NCBI RefSeq assembly: GCF_009914755.1
Contig: NC_060930.1
Length of the DNA: 64,000 nucleotides
Source: the human T2T-CHM13v2.0 reference genome, Homo sapiens
Reading direction: 5' to 3' (one strand)
Below are positions 1 through 15,044 of this stretch, in pieces. The notes under the pieces were generated by a model. It did no database searches and had not been told where the DNA came from. It saw nothing but the letters and a program-made list of their open reading frames with translations. The position numbers and the translations under genes were made by a program. The first letter of the stretch is position 1. The number at the start of each line of letters is the position of its first letter.

Positions 1-1330
1 AAACCAGACCTTTAGGGATTTTATAGGATTCTAATCTTTTTCTTGATGCTTTAGCCACTAGTGGTCGTGAGTTACGCGCTCAGGAAGGCATGTGAATGCT
101 TATGAGTGAGTAAGGTACTATTCATGTTTGTCTAATGACTTCATTGGCCTTTACCTTCGTTTACAAATGCACTTAATTCAATAAGGAAGAGTCCTTCTCC
201 TGAAGGTTTTACACTAGTCAAAGATGTTTCCAAGCCATATACATTATTTTTATTTGTGTTTATGCATATGATACAAGCCATTTTAGAAATGATTTTTTTT
301 TTTACTCTTTAGAAAGCACTTCAGAGTTAGCATAACATCTAACCATATTGGTATTTCTGTTTTCTGTTATAATGAGTGAGGATGATCCTTATTTTTAAAA
401 GAAGTAATAAAAAATCAAAGAAGAAAAAATTTCATATCTAAGCATTTTAGATTATAATTTGGCAACTGTGCATTAATCCAAACAAATAGAGCCTACTGAG
501 ATTATTCATGTTCCCATTAGTCACTCACATATTGGTGTCTAATTGTCATTTGTTTCTGCTGTAATTCAGTTCAACTGATGTAATTAAATACCATTCATCT
601 AGCAGCAGTTCTGAAATCTTTTTTTTTTGTAAGACATGATAAAAAGTATGAGTTTTCTATAAAATCAAGTTTACATTCAGTTGGAAATTTTCCTTTTAAG
701 TTCTTATTCTCAATCTTAATTGTCAATATCAAATAGAGCTTCTCAGATGAGGGATATAGGCTAATTTCAAATTTTCTCTGAACTACAAATATGCTCTTCA
801 TTTTCTCTAGTCTAGGCCTAAATTGCTGTGCTTGCATTTGTAATCAGAAATTGATTGTGTTACTGTGGAAACTGGAAGAGTGTATTGCTGGTTAAAGAAA
901 AATGTGGTAGAAGAAGTGCTGTTATTATAATTGTCTGCCATCTTAAATGCCTATCATTTTGAACAATACATTGATAACATTTTCACACTCCAACCCCAAA
1001 ATGCTTCTCTCCAGAACACTGCTTTGTGGTCAGTATTAGTCTTCTGTATCGATCTGACATAAAATGCCTTGGTCACATTTCTAATTTGTTTCTATGTTGA
1101 ACTATAATTTTTACATGGAATGAAATTAGTTTCCATTTTATTCATACTTACATGGCACATCTTAGGGAAAAAACATGAAGTATGGTAAAATATCAGTTAT
1201 TTAGAAGCCAGTCATCTGAAACATTTCAACTTCTGACCAAGAAGACACGAAACAAGTTCCAAAAATTCAGATGAAGAATTTTTAACATCTGATGCTAAAG
1301 ACAGCCTCGAAGAAGCAAAGCTCTATTTTA

Positions 1331-1360
1331 CACACATACACACACATGCACACACACGCA
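1331..1360. repeat. Imperfect (CA)n microsatellite
   Basis: cacacatacacacacatgcacacacacgca. Confidence 0.7.
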
Positions 1361-2682
1361 AAGCAATATTATGCATTTTACTGTGTGAAAGCAAAGATGA
1401 ACTCTGTTTTTAAAAAGTTTGCCTTTTGTATATGAGAGGCAAGTATGTGAAGACTGACCAAAAGAATGAAGAGGAAATCAAAACCAGGAAGAGGAAAATG
1501 ACCCTCAGTAGAGGCAAGAGTTGGGGGAGTTAGGATTGGAGATTTCCAGCACATATTCTGTTGGACCAGTATCCAGTAACATCAAGTTCCTCGAATTTTC
1601 TGGAGGTTTCCATTGCTTTCCTGATTGTGACAAGGACAAATGCAGAAAATTATCTGTGACTTTATAGTTTAATTAAAATATTCCCAAAGCCCCACAAGTC
1701 TTGTCTTAGGAAACCAATGTTTCCCAAAAGGCATCAACCTGCTGAAAAAGGTTAACAGAACATAGCATCTATGTACTTTAAACCTTGGCTGAAAAGAGAC
1801 TGAATGTGGTGGCACACTTTAGCTCTAGAGTGTTGAGGACGAGAATAATGTTGTAGTTACTTTAGTTTGATTTTCGTATGTAGTACCAGACACTAAACAA
1901 ATCTGCTTTAGCAGAAAAATATTAAAATACATAATAATATGTGTGACATAGTCTAAATAATGCATTGCCTGTTTAATGTATTGTTGAGATTTGTATGCTA
2001 GCTCTTTGGATCCTCCTGGCTTGGGTTCTTCATTCCACCATATACTTTATTTTTCTTTAGGCTTTTATGTATTTATGTATTTATTTATTTTTATTTAAAA
2101 CTTATTAATGTTATTTTGATTCACAAACCATAATTCTATCATTTTGGGGGCACAATGTGATGTTTTGATATATGTATACAATGTGGCATGATTAAATCAA
2201 GCTAATTACATATTCATCATCTTGCTCACCATTTCTTATGGGGAGACACTTGAAATTTACTCTCTTACTTTGAAATACATAACACATTATTATTGATTAT
2301 AGTCATCCTGCTGTGCAGTAGATCTCAAAATATGTTTCTTCTTTCTACCTGAGACTTTGCACCCTTCGATCAACAACTCCTCATTCCCTCCCTCTCCACC
2401 CCCACCCCACCTCAGCCTTTAGTAGCCATGATACTTCCTACTTCTATGAGTTCAACTTTGTTATAGTCTACATAAACCTGAGAGCATGTGGTATTTTTCT
2501 TTCTATGCCCTGATAATTTCATGTAGCATAGTGTCCTCCACATTCATCCATGTTGTTGCAAATGACAGCATTTTGCTCTTTCTTAAGGCTGAATAGTATT
2601 ACATTTAATTTATATCGCAATTTTTTATCCATTTGTCCATTGATGAACACTTAGGTTGATTCCATGTCTTGACTATTGTGAA

Positions 2683-3062
2683 TGATATGGTTTGGCTCTG
2701 TGTCCCCACCCAAATTCATCTCGAATTGTAATCTCCATGTGTCAGAGGAGGAACCTAGTGGGAGATGATTGGATCATGGGAGATAATTCGATCATTCCCC
2801 CATGCTGTTCTCATGATAGTGAGTGAGTTCTCATGAGATCTGATGGCTTAAAAGTGTGTAGCTTTTTTCACTCTCTCTCTCTCTGTCTCTTTCCTGCCAC
2901 TATGTAAGACATGCCTTGCTTCCCCTTCACCTTCTGCCATGATTGTAATTTTCCTGAGGCCTTCCCAGCCATGCAGGAGTGTGAGTTAATTAAACCTCTT
3001 TTCTTTATAAATTACCCAGTCTCAGGTAGTTCTTTATAGCAGTGTGAAAATAGACTACTACA
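2683..3062 (+). mobile_element. THE1D solo LTR (ERVL-MaLR) with 5-bp TSD GTGAA
   Basis: Starts TGATATGGTTTGGCTCTGTGTCCCCACCCAAA and ends GACTACTACA. GTGAA lies at 2678-2682 and 3063-3067, and the host L1 reads through once the LTR is removed. Confidence 0.92.
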
Positions 3063-4473
3063 GTGAATAATCCTGCTATGAACATGGGAGTGCAGATATC
3101 TCTTTGACATATTGATTTCAGTTCCTTATGATGTATACTCAGAAGTGGGATTACTGGGTCATATGGTAGTTCTGTTTTTAGTTTATGGCAGAATCTTCAT
3201 ACCATTTCTCATAATGGCAATACTAATTTACATTCCCCTCATCAATATGTAAGAGCTCCTTTTTCTCTGCATCTTCCCCAGAATTTGCTTTCTTTCATTT
3301 TTTGATACAAGCCATTCTAACAAATGTAAGGTGATATCTTTTTGTTTTTAATATGCATTTTCCAAATGATTAGTGATGCTGAGAATTTTTTCATATACTT
3401 GTCAGCCATTTGTATCTCTTTTTTTGAGAAATGTCTGTTCAGGCCCTTTGTCCAATTTTTAATCAGGTTATTTGTTTTCTTGCTTTGAGTTGTTTGAGTT
3501 CCATATACCATCAGATGTATGGTTTGCAAATATTGTCTCCCATTCTGTGGGTTGTCTCTTCGGTTTGTTATTGTTTCCTTTGCTGTGCAGAAACTTTTTA
3601 GTTTGATGCCATCCATTTGTCTATTTTGCTTTTCCTTTTATTGCCTGTGCTTTTGGAGTTATATCCAAAAAATAACTGCCCAGACCAATGTTGTGGAGCT
3701 TCCTCCCAGTGTTTTCTTCTAGTTGTCTTACCCTTTCAGGTCTTATAGTTAAGTTTTTTTTTTTATCTCTTTTGAGTGATTTTTACATATGATATAAGAG
3801 CCTAATTTTATTCTTCTGCATGTGAATATTCAGTGGTCTCAACACCATTTATTGAAGAGATTGTATTTTCCCCATTGTGTGTTCTTGGTACCTATTTCAG
3901 AAATCAGTTCGCCATAAATGCATGGGTTTTCATGTCTGTTTTTATGGCAGTACAATGTCATTACGTCAATTTTTTGGAAGAGTTGGAGAAGTATTGGTGT
4001 TAGTTCTTTAATTGTTTTGTAGAATTCCACAGTAAAGCCATCCAGTGCTGGGCTTTCCTTTGGTGGGGGACTTTTACAGGCATGTAAAAGTCTTATTCAA
4101 TCTCTTTACTTACTACTGGTCTGTTCAGATATTCTATTTCTTCATGATTCAGTCTTGGAAAGTTCTATGTGTCTAGGAATTTATCCGTTTCTTCTAGATT
4201 ATACAGTGTGTTGGCATATAATTTTTCATACTGGTTTCTTATGATCCTTTGTATTTTCGTAGTATCATTCGTGATGTCTCCTCTTTCACTTGTGATCTTA
4301 TTTATTTGAGAAAGCTTTCTTTTTTTTCTAATTCATCTAACTAAGGGTTTGTCAATTTTGTGTATCTTTGCAAAAACCTGTTAGTTTGGTTGTTTTTAAA
4401 TTATCTTTTAGTTTCTAATTTGTTTATTATTTATTCTCTGATCTTTGTCATTTTCTTTCTTCTGCTAATTTAG

Positions 4474-4875
<402 letters not shown>

Positions 4876-6506
4876 CTTTCTTCTTTTTTTGATATGAACA
4901 CTTATCACTATAAATTTCCCTTTCGGGACTGCTTTTGCTTCATTCCATACGTTTTGGTGTGTTGTATTTCCATTTGCATTTGTCTCAAACATTTGTCACA
5001 AAATGTTTTTTTTTAATTTCCTTTTTTTATTTCTTCTGTGACCCAGTGGTGTTCAAGGAGCATATTGTTTAATTTCTGCATATTTGTGTATTTTTCAAGA
5101 TTTTTTCTCATCCATTTCTTGTTTCATGCCATTGTGATCTGAAAAAAATACTTAATATTATTTCAGTCCTCTTAAATTTGTTAAGTTTGGTTTTGTGGCC
5201 TAACATGGTCTATCCTGAAGAATGTTAGATGATCACTTGAGAAAAATGTATATTCTGCTCTTGTTGGATGGAATGTTCTGTTTATGTCTGTTAGATCCAT
5301 TTGTTTTAAAGTTTAATTCAAGTCCAATGTTTCTTTATTGATATTCTGTTTAGATAATCTATTCATTGTTGAAAGTGGCGTATTAAGGTCCTCTACTATT
5401 ATAGTATTGCAGTCTTTCTTTTCCGATTATTTAATAATTGCTTTCTGTATATAGGTGCTCTAATATTGGGTGCAAATATATTTATAATTGTTAGGTCTTC
5501 ATGGTGAACTAACCCCTTTATCATTATGTAATAATCTTCTCGTCCCTTTTAATAATTTTTTTTACTTAACGTCTACTTTGTGTGTTATAAGTGTAGCTAC
5601 TTCTGCTCACTTTCAGTTTATATTTGCATGAAATATCTTTTTCCAGGCCTACATTTTCAGTCTATGTGTGTCATGACTAGTGAAGTGACCCTCTTATAGG
5701 CAGCATGTGGTTGGATCTTTTTTTAAAAATTTATTTAGATTCTCTGAGTCTTTCTATTGGGTAATTTAATCCATTTACATTTAAGGTAATTATTGCAAGG
5801 TAAGGGCTTGCTATTGCCATTTTGTAAATTTTTTTTATTGTTGTTTTGTAGTTCCCTTTTTACTTTCTCTCTTGCTATCTTTCTTTGTGGTTTGATAGTT
5901 TTCTGTGGTTGTATGCTTTGAGTCCTTTTTAAAAGTAATTTGTAGAATTATTCTATTTGCTTCGTAGTCACCATGAGACTTACATAAATATCTTTTCCTT
6001 ATAAGAGGCCACTTTAAGCTGAGAACAACTTTCCTATAATTGCATGTAAAAACTCTAAAACACTCTTTACAATACAACCTTTATCATAGATTAAATACTC
6101 ATATATTCTTGGATTTTTTTTTCTGGACTCACGATTCTGTTCTACTGTCTATTTTTCTATTTCTGCAACAATACTATTTTGCCTTGCTTATTGTGAATTT
6201 ATGTTCTATGTTGCTATTTATTATAAATATCAAAATTTTGTTATAGTTTTACTTTATATTTTCTTAATATGATCAATGCAATGTTCTATTTCCAGTTTAT
6301 TTGAAGTTTAAATCTTAACTAGGTGTTAACTGTTGAGGTGATCATCAGTTTGCTAATATTTTGTTTGTGAATTTTATATTTGTGTTCATAATTGATACTG
6401 ATCTATAATTTTTATTTGTATATTATTCTTTTCCAATATCACTGTCTACTGTGAAAATAAAACTGGCATTAGAAGATTAAAGAAACATTATATAAATATA
6501 ACATGG

Positions 6507-6843
6507 GGGCCACACACTGTGGCTCACGCCTGTAATCCCAGCACTTTGGGAGGCTGACATGGGTGGATCACCTGAAGTCAGGAGTTTGAGACCAGCCTGA
6601 CTAACATGGTGAAAGATGAGCAGATCACCTGAGGTCAGGAGTTCGAGACCAGCCTGACTAACACAGTGAAACCCTGTCTCTACTAAAAATACAAAAATTA
6701 GCCGGGCGTGTTGGTGCACACATGTAATCCCAGCTACTTGGGAGGCTGAGGCAGGAGAATCGCTTGAACCTGGGAAGTGGAGTTTCAGTGAGCTGAGATG
6801 GTGCCACTGCACTCCAGCCTGGATGGCAGAGCGAGACTCTGTC

Positions 6844-6874
<31 letters not shown>

Positions 6875-6875
6875 A
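6507..6875 (+). mobile_element. AluS with an internal 57-bp tandem duplication; (TAAA)n tail
   Basis: Alu dimer with the left-arm B-box segment present twice (6558-6614, 6615-6671); TSD-like AAAT(A/T)AACATGG on both sides. Confidence 0.93.
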
Positions 6876-6939
6876 AATAAAACATGGTTGCTACACATGC
6901 ATGAGGAAGTAAGATACATTGGCTTGACTAATGCATAAA

Positions 6940-7260
6940 ATACACTGGATATCAATAATAAAAAGACCAATATTCTGTAGAAAAATATGAGAAAGAGATA
7001 TGAATAGGCAATTTACAGAAATGAAAACAAGAATGGCCCCCAAAAATATGAGGGTGAAAAATACCATGTCAAATGAAATGAAAATTATACTCGAATTATT
7101 CTCTCCTATGAGGTTGTCAATAGTACGAAAGTCTGAAAACTTACTTTAATGGCAATGCTGTAGGAAATCAGGCACTCTCATACATTTCTGGTGGGAGTGC
7201 AAGTTGGTATTAATTTTATGGATGGAAAATGTTGAACATCAATTAAATATAAACCAAATT
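6940..7260 (+). mobile_element. Ancient L1 (L1ME-like) ORF2 3' fragment
   Basis: gatatgaataggcaatttacagaa and ggcactctcatacatttctggtgggagtgcaagttggt motifs. Confidence 0.65.
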
Positions 7261-7714
7261 AAAAAGATATAGTGGCTTGGGTGTCCAAATACTACAGTTT
7301 TATTATTAGCTTTCTTATCTGACAGCCGTGTAAGATTTTACATGTCATTATTTTTCTTGATCTATTACCTTTTTTAAAATGAACTATTTGAAATGTGTAA
7401 TTTTTATAGACTTTACAAGCTCTAGACTCTAGTGATATATATATGTCACACAGCTGATATCTGCACATGACCCTAAATATGCATAAATTTATGTTATCCA
7501 TGAATGAAAGAACGGCTCTTTTTCTTAATTTCTTTTTTCTTGACTATAGCATATTTTCATCCTGTGTATAGGATTTACAAATCAGTTTTTACCTGATTTT
7601 GAACTGTTCCATCTTCAACCAGTTGCCATATGACTACTTGGTTCATTATTTGTGGTACCATTTTTGTAGATAAAAATATGTAGATGATAATATGGGTTTG
7701 TTGTGCATATTCAG

Positions 7715-7940
7715 AAGCACTGTACTGTAATCATTAAGAACATGGACAAGAGAGCCAGATTACCTGGCTTGGAAATCCCAGATATACTATCCATGTGCTG
7801 AGTGCATTGGTTCATCTCTTTCACAGTTTTCTCACCTATAAAAGAGGTTAATAAGAGTGTATGCCTCCTGGGGCTATGAGGATTAAATAATCTATTCAAA
7901 ACACTAAGACCATTACCTGCTAAATATACATTTGCTATTT
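7715..7940 (+). mobile_element. MIR
   Basis: Core cagttttctcacctataaaa...gaggattaaataa. Confidence 0.75.
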
Positions 7941-9019
7941 TTATTCATATGAGGATATAGATGTCTATATCATGAATTGAAAATAAGCCATTTTTTTGAA
8001 AAGCAGTATACATTTCTGAAGTCTTGAACATGAATAATATTTAAGCATATTTCACTAAAAAGTGACATGATTTTGACCCACTATATAAAAAATTATAAGA
8101 TTTTGGAAAGTTCTTCATATTGTAGTGTTTAAAGACTTGAAACCCAGTGTTTCTAGCCATTGAAGAAAACTTAGACTACTTCTGCATAAATTGACATGGA
8201 ATTGCCTTTATTATTGATCTGAATAAAGTGGGTGGAGGAACATTCATCTGATGAGGAGAAGCAGCTCCCTAGAACACAGAGATATTCAGATGTTTTCCAC
8301 TATTTACAATTCATCTTGTTTATTAACCTTTAAAAGCAGATTCCGTTGAAGAAAACAAATTGGCACTACAAGGAGTAAGAATGCTTTTGTTAGTGAGGGA
8401 CTCACAGTGCCTTTCCAATTCATACATTGTCTTCTGATGAGTGTGGGTATTGGGCTAGAATTTTGGCATCTGAAAGTACATCTATGTGAGCCGTGGCTCA
8501 CATAACCATGGCTGTAGGTTATGTGAGCTGTGAGAATTTTCAAATTACCTCAGACTTCTGAGAATATTCTTGGTCATTGAGAAAATAAGCAGTAATAAAT
8601 GCTCCAGATTCACATCCACATCTCACAATGTTGAAAGAATAGTGGGTATCATTTATTTAAATGAATTTTACAATATGCTTACTCCATTATTTCATTTTCT
8701 TAGGAATTATTCTCCCAGCTTTACTAATAGTTGTGGTGACTCATATCTTTCTCACTACTTTGACCAGGTCTGAATATACTTTGGGGTACAAGAGATGTGT
8801 ATTCGTTGGCTATATAAAGGTGGTCGATCTGCTAAGGAATCTTAGATGGCCAGAGTTACTGGAAATTCACTCAATAGAATGGGTGATTATATAGGAACTA
8901 TTATTTTTGCTGTTAATATAAATGCATCTTCAGGTATATTATTTGTGTTTGACACACTGTTCTAAAAGTCCGATATTAGGACTGTTTTTCTTGAAAATAA
9001 ATATTCAAATATTTATGAT

Positions 9020-9430
9020 TGTGCCTTAGCTATGGTTGCCAGAAATAGAGCCTGAAGCAGGAATTGTGTGCATAGATTTGTGCAAGGAGCAAGTGAAGCA
9101 AGAGGGCAGAGAGAAGATGAGCAAGGATATGGCTTCAAGTAAAGTTGAGCCTCAACTTGATCCCACAAACAGATTATACCAAAGTTTCATTCCTGATTGA
9201 TTTGAGGCAAAGGAGGGAGGCTTGGTACACGAGAGCTCTTCTTGCAGCAGTCAGTTGTCGGCTACTGATCTGACTACTCCAAGTGCGGTGTATGACTCCC
9301 AGGTGCCTCTAGGCAAGGCTACTCCAGTATGCTAAGCACGATCCTTCAGAAAAGGTTACAGGTGTCAGCTGTCAGCCATGGCACACACAGGAGTCCCTGG
9401 GATCTACATGGGACATCAACATCCAAACAT
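9020..9430. mobile_element. Degenerate ERVL/MaLR-type LTR remnant
   Basis: tgtgccttagctatggttgccagaaatagagcctgaagcagga resembles old MLT1-type termini. Confidence 0.4.
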
Positions 9431-9489
9431 AAACAAAGGCAGCACTTTCATCACATCACATGTGGACTACTGCAGATGGAGTCAGCTCT

Positions 9490-10135
9490 GTGGTGATCAG
9501 CAGAAGGGGATTTCAGGCTGACTGAAGCACCAGGCCACGCTGTCAGAGGCAGGAGTGAGTGTCTAATGTTTAAGGAGCATTGTGAGAGGATCCTTGTGAG
9601 AGAAGGGGGACAGTGGCAGATGAGGAGCTCAGGGAAATAGGAAAGAACCAGGGTACCAAGAGACTTGTGAGCCAAACTAGGCGCTTATGTTTTATGTGTC
9701 AGGCAAAGCCGATGGGGGTGTGTGATGGTTTGATGTGATGGAGGAACCACACGGAGGTCAGTGTGGCTGGAGGAAAGTGAGCCAGGTAGAGCTGAGATGG
9801 TAGGAACTGAGATGAGATAGTGGGACGTTTAGAAAGTGTGAGGCTGTAGAGGTCTTGGGAAGGCCTTTGGCTTTTACCTCTTTTTCCCCAGGTGGGACGG
9901 GCCGTTGAAGGATTTTAGGGTGGCAGTGACATGGTGAAAGGATCACTCCAGATACTCCGCCCAGAGTATACCATTGTGCTCTGTGGTGAAACAGGGAGAC
10001 CAGTTAGGAGGATTTTTGCAGTGGTTGAGGCAAAAAGAGATGGGGACTCAGATGAGGGTTGTCATAGTGGAGATGTGGAAATGTGAATAAATTCAGGGTA
10101 GATGGTCTAACTGCCAGCACTTACTGATGGCTTGG
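9490..10135 (-). mobile_element. L2 fragment(s)
   Basis: Purine-rich antisense L2 motifs: gtcagtgtggctggag, ggagaccagttaggagg, ttactgatggcttgg. Confidence 0.7.
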
Positions 10136-10694
10136 CCGGGCAGGGTCTAGGGATTTGTGGGATCACATAGCAGAGTAGAATCTTCTGGCCTTCTTTCTGG
10201 CCACTCTTCACCACAGGGCCCAGTGTCCTCATGGTGGCTGATGCCCCAGCCCGCCTCGTGTGATTAGATAGGATAGATCAGATTTCCCTACCACATGTGC
10301 CCCTAGAAACTCAGATTCCTCTGTTTAACCCAAGCAAAGCCATTTAGCTCCCCACCTTATCCCTGAGTCCAACTCTGCTTATCCAGAAATGAATTATTTG
10401 TTGGCAGTGCTAAACAAAATGCCATCTGTGGTTGGGTCTTAACCCTGTAGCAATATAGATGAGCTGAGCTGGTAGAAGTTGTAAAAATTATATTTCTTTT
10501 TTATTTCTTACTACAATTCTTTTTAAATATAAAGGGGCAGGATCACGATTTATTTGCTTGTCAGTATGGAGTATTCTATTCCCTTTAGAAAGCATAGGAA
10601 GTTTTGGTTTTGCATGTCTCAGTCTGCTCTACTGTCTGTGCTATGCAGTGTGCCAGTTATATCTCTTTTAATATTAGAGTCCCATGTATTAGAT

Positions 10695-10782
10695 GATAAT
10701 ATTCTAATCTTATAGGTGGAGAATTTGAGTCACAAGGGTTAAGTGACTTGCTGAAGATAAAACACCCAGTAGAGTGAATTTC
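10695..10782 (-). mobile_element. MIR fragment adjoining the Alu
   Basis: ttataggtggagaatttgag...ggttaagtgacttgctgaag. Confidence 0.6.
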
Positions 10783-10795
10783 AAAACCTGAGTGA

Positions 10796-11125
<330 letters not shown>

Positions 11126-11184
11126 CTAAATTTACATGTTATAAAGTCTCTAAACATTCAAAGAAACAAGCAGATCTAATGCCA

Positions 11185-11295
11185 AGTTCCACGTGGGCAG
11201 GGAGCTCTGCTGTCATGTTCATTGTATCACCATCCTTGATGACATTAACTGGACTTTAGTAGGTTCTCAATAAATAATAAATCAAGTGAATGAGG
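11185..11295 (+). mobile_element. L2 3' end
   Basis: agtaggttctcaataaataataaatcaagtgaatga. Confidence 0.6.
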
Positions 11296-13131
11296 CATTG
11301 TCCGTGTGGCACTGGAAACATGGAGGAAGGAGAACTTAATCCTGATGGGGAGCTTTGGTAGATGTGGTATTTCAAGGGCTCTCTAAAACCAAGAAAGAGT
11401 TCAGCAGGTTGAGAATGGAAATCCTTTTACTCCAAGGTAAGAATACACAGTGAAAAAAGCCAAAGAGTTATGTAAGGCATGTTTCTCTTCTGTGGAACAA
11501 ACATTGGGAATTGACATTAGAGAGCTCATCTATGATGGATGGCTTAGGACCTTGACCTCCTTGTTAAGGAGTTTGTACTTCATCTCTGTCCACACAGGTG
11601 AGCCTTTGGGGGTGTTAAGGAGTGAGGATCATGAGGTACCTGGGATTCCTTTTCTTTAGTGTTGTACTTGTGATTTTTAGCTTAAAAGGCCAGAAGTGTA
11701 TAGGGATTTTTAAAAAAGGCTTTAGAAAACGATGTCTATTTTGGTCATAACAGCACTTAATATGGCAGGGATAACCATGGATGTTGACTTTGCGTTCTTT
11801 CATTATGCATGCTATTTCACATTATGTGAATAGGTGGTTATTTGTATCTTGTTGCATGCTAAATATATCAGATTTAAAAATCAATTTTACATATAGAACA
11901 CTGACTAATCAATTTAGGAAGCAGATTAGTTTTGCGTTTTTCAGAGCTCTATTGATTTGATTATAATGTTGTTTTACAACAAAGTATAACTTTGATTTAT
12001 GTTCAGATGTTAAGTATTTATACTAGTTTACCATATATGTGCACTATGTTGTTTCTTTAATGACACTGAATGGGCCAGGTTTTCACTTTAATGGCATTTA
12101 GGAATACATTTAACTAAAAACATCCACTCAAATGCACGTGGGTTATGTTTGCATGAAATCAATTAATGATCCTGGCAGGTTCTGTGTTTTTCTAAATTTT
12201 AGGACTTGCCTCACACAAATCAGAAGTATCCAGACTTTCAAATTTACAATATCCATTCAAACTTGAAATGCCCTTGATTAATAAAAATACATGTGACAGG
12301 AGAGTATAGCTCTGCTTTTAAGCTGTTAGAGAGAACATAAAATGATTATGGCTTGCAGTAAATGTTATTATGGACCTGAGATGTTTCCTCAGGGATTCAG
12401 CAATCTCCTGCACTTTCTTTAAGACTGACCCTCTCTCCTTGAGAAGCAGCAGGAAGGAGGGATGTGGAGGCAAGACCGCTGTCAGGTCGCCTGTCACAAC
12501 GCTGACAAGGCTCTGATATAAAACCTAATTTACAGTTGAAGAAGCACATCCATTATCCTTCTGATTTTAAAATAGAACATACATCAGCAAAATGATAAAA
12601 GAAAGTGCTTAAGAATTATGAATGTGAAGGACTATTTCCTATCATAAAGTCACAACCCTTTTTGAATATTACCTTAAATTATAGCAGAGTTTAACGATAT
12701 TCACAGGCTCTGTTCTCTGAAAATGAGTATCACAGTATTTCAACTATTGATAAGCTAATAATTGTGTATTAACTATCGACTGTCTTTGAGATCAAGATCT
12801 AGGTAGATGGTGGCATCAGTATTTAGATATTTCTTTATGAAATAGATGTGCACCAGAACTTTGCTACAAGGACTTAAATAATGAATTATTTTCTGTTGAC
12901 TTATATTAAAAGTACAGCGTTGTTTTATCTTCATTTATAATTAACCTTCAGTCGGCCATGTTTCTTCCTTATTCCTGATTCATCTTTTTCCTGTTATTCT
13001 CAACTAAAGACGGATATCAAACAAATCCTGGAATGTATTTTTAAAAACTCGACTATCTTCTTGAAGTGAAAATAAACTGTTAAAGTGTCTGCTCTAAGAC
13101 CTTGGATTTTCTTTTAAAATGGGGTGCTCCA

Positions 13132-13502
<371 letters not shown>

Positions 13503-13851
13503 TTAGATAATTTTAATCTTTTTAGCATTGTTTTAATATTTTCTTATAACTGAATCAACACAAATTTAAATGATTTATAATGGGCTAATTTATTAGAATA
13601 ATATTTGAGATTTCACAATTTAGAAGCAGAAATGTTGAAATAGCCTATTCTAGCAAAAACTCAGCATTATCCTTAAATTACCCATGTCCATATTTAGAGA
13701 TAGAAGATATAATTTCTTATCTATTAACTATTTTCTGCTTTTAAAACTAATTGTTCTTCCCATCTCTGCTATATTTGAATGGACTATCCTTAGATTGTCT
13801 TCTTCATGTCTGAGAATTTTATATTTAAATATATGTTTAATATACAAGTAA

Positions 13852-14181
<330 letters not shown>

Positions 14182-14227
14182 TGGAAACCAAACTTTTACA
14201 TTTATATTCATATATACATACCTATTT

Positions 14228-14320
14228 ATCATCATCATCATCATCATCTTGTTCTCTCTACCTATCTATTCATAAATCTATTATCTATCTTTGTATCTAC
14301 TTACCTACCTACCTGCTTGC
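14228..14320. repeat. (CAT)n followed by degenerate (CTAT/CTAC)n
   Basis: Direct reading. Confidence 0.75.
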
Positions 14321-14820
14321 CTGAATATTAGTCCTATCTGAGCCAACAAGGCTAAGATGCATTTTGAATTTGACTCTTGGCCTTTTGTAAGTCTGCCAAT
14401 TGTAGAATAAATGTCCAGCACGCATGCTAAGGCCTCCTTATTCAAGGGAGAGGGAAACCCTTGAAAGCATTTTACTCTACTCTGACTCAGTACCCAGTAC
14501 TATTTTCCAGTGCAACTCTACCCCCTTTCCTCGCCCCCAACTAAACCCTCCAGGTCCATAAAACTGTGGGAGCCTTTTGTTTATGGCTCTCTCAACAGTG
14601 AGACCACGTCTACATCTGCTGATCCACTTGACCGGTGACCTGTGTCCATTCCATGTGGGAACATGGAAAAGGGAGAGTCAGAGCTTTCTTGATTTTAGCC
14701 TCTTGTTTGTACCATTATCGTAAGTGATGGTAACATAGTGGTACCAGTTTGGATGTATTTTAGATTTTTCTCTTCTAGAAGAGCTATTAAGATTAAAATA
14801 ATCTCTTTTTCTCAAAATTT

Positions 14821-15016
14821 TGTAGAACATTTCTGGAGCATTTCGGGGGGCATTTCTTTAGATAAACATGTATAACTATTTAATATTTTATACAGTGATT
14901 GGATTCTCTAAATGCTAATTATGTAGAACATTTCTGGAGCATTTTTGGGCATTTCTTTAGATAAACACATATAACTATTTAATATTTTATACAATGATTG
15001 AATTCTTTAAATGCTA
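14821..15016. repeat. Two-copy tandem duplication, period ~101 bp
   Basis: tgtagaacatttctggagcattt...aaatgcta at 14821-14917 and 14922-15016. Confidence 0.95.
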
Positions 15017-15044
15017 TGGGAGTATTCAATCTTGGTGTTTCTTC

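Noticed and set aside
7622-7634. RFX X-box (expected for a ciliary gene)
   Set aside because: GTTGCCATATGAC has only one good half-site; not supportable.
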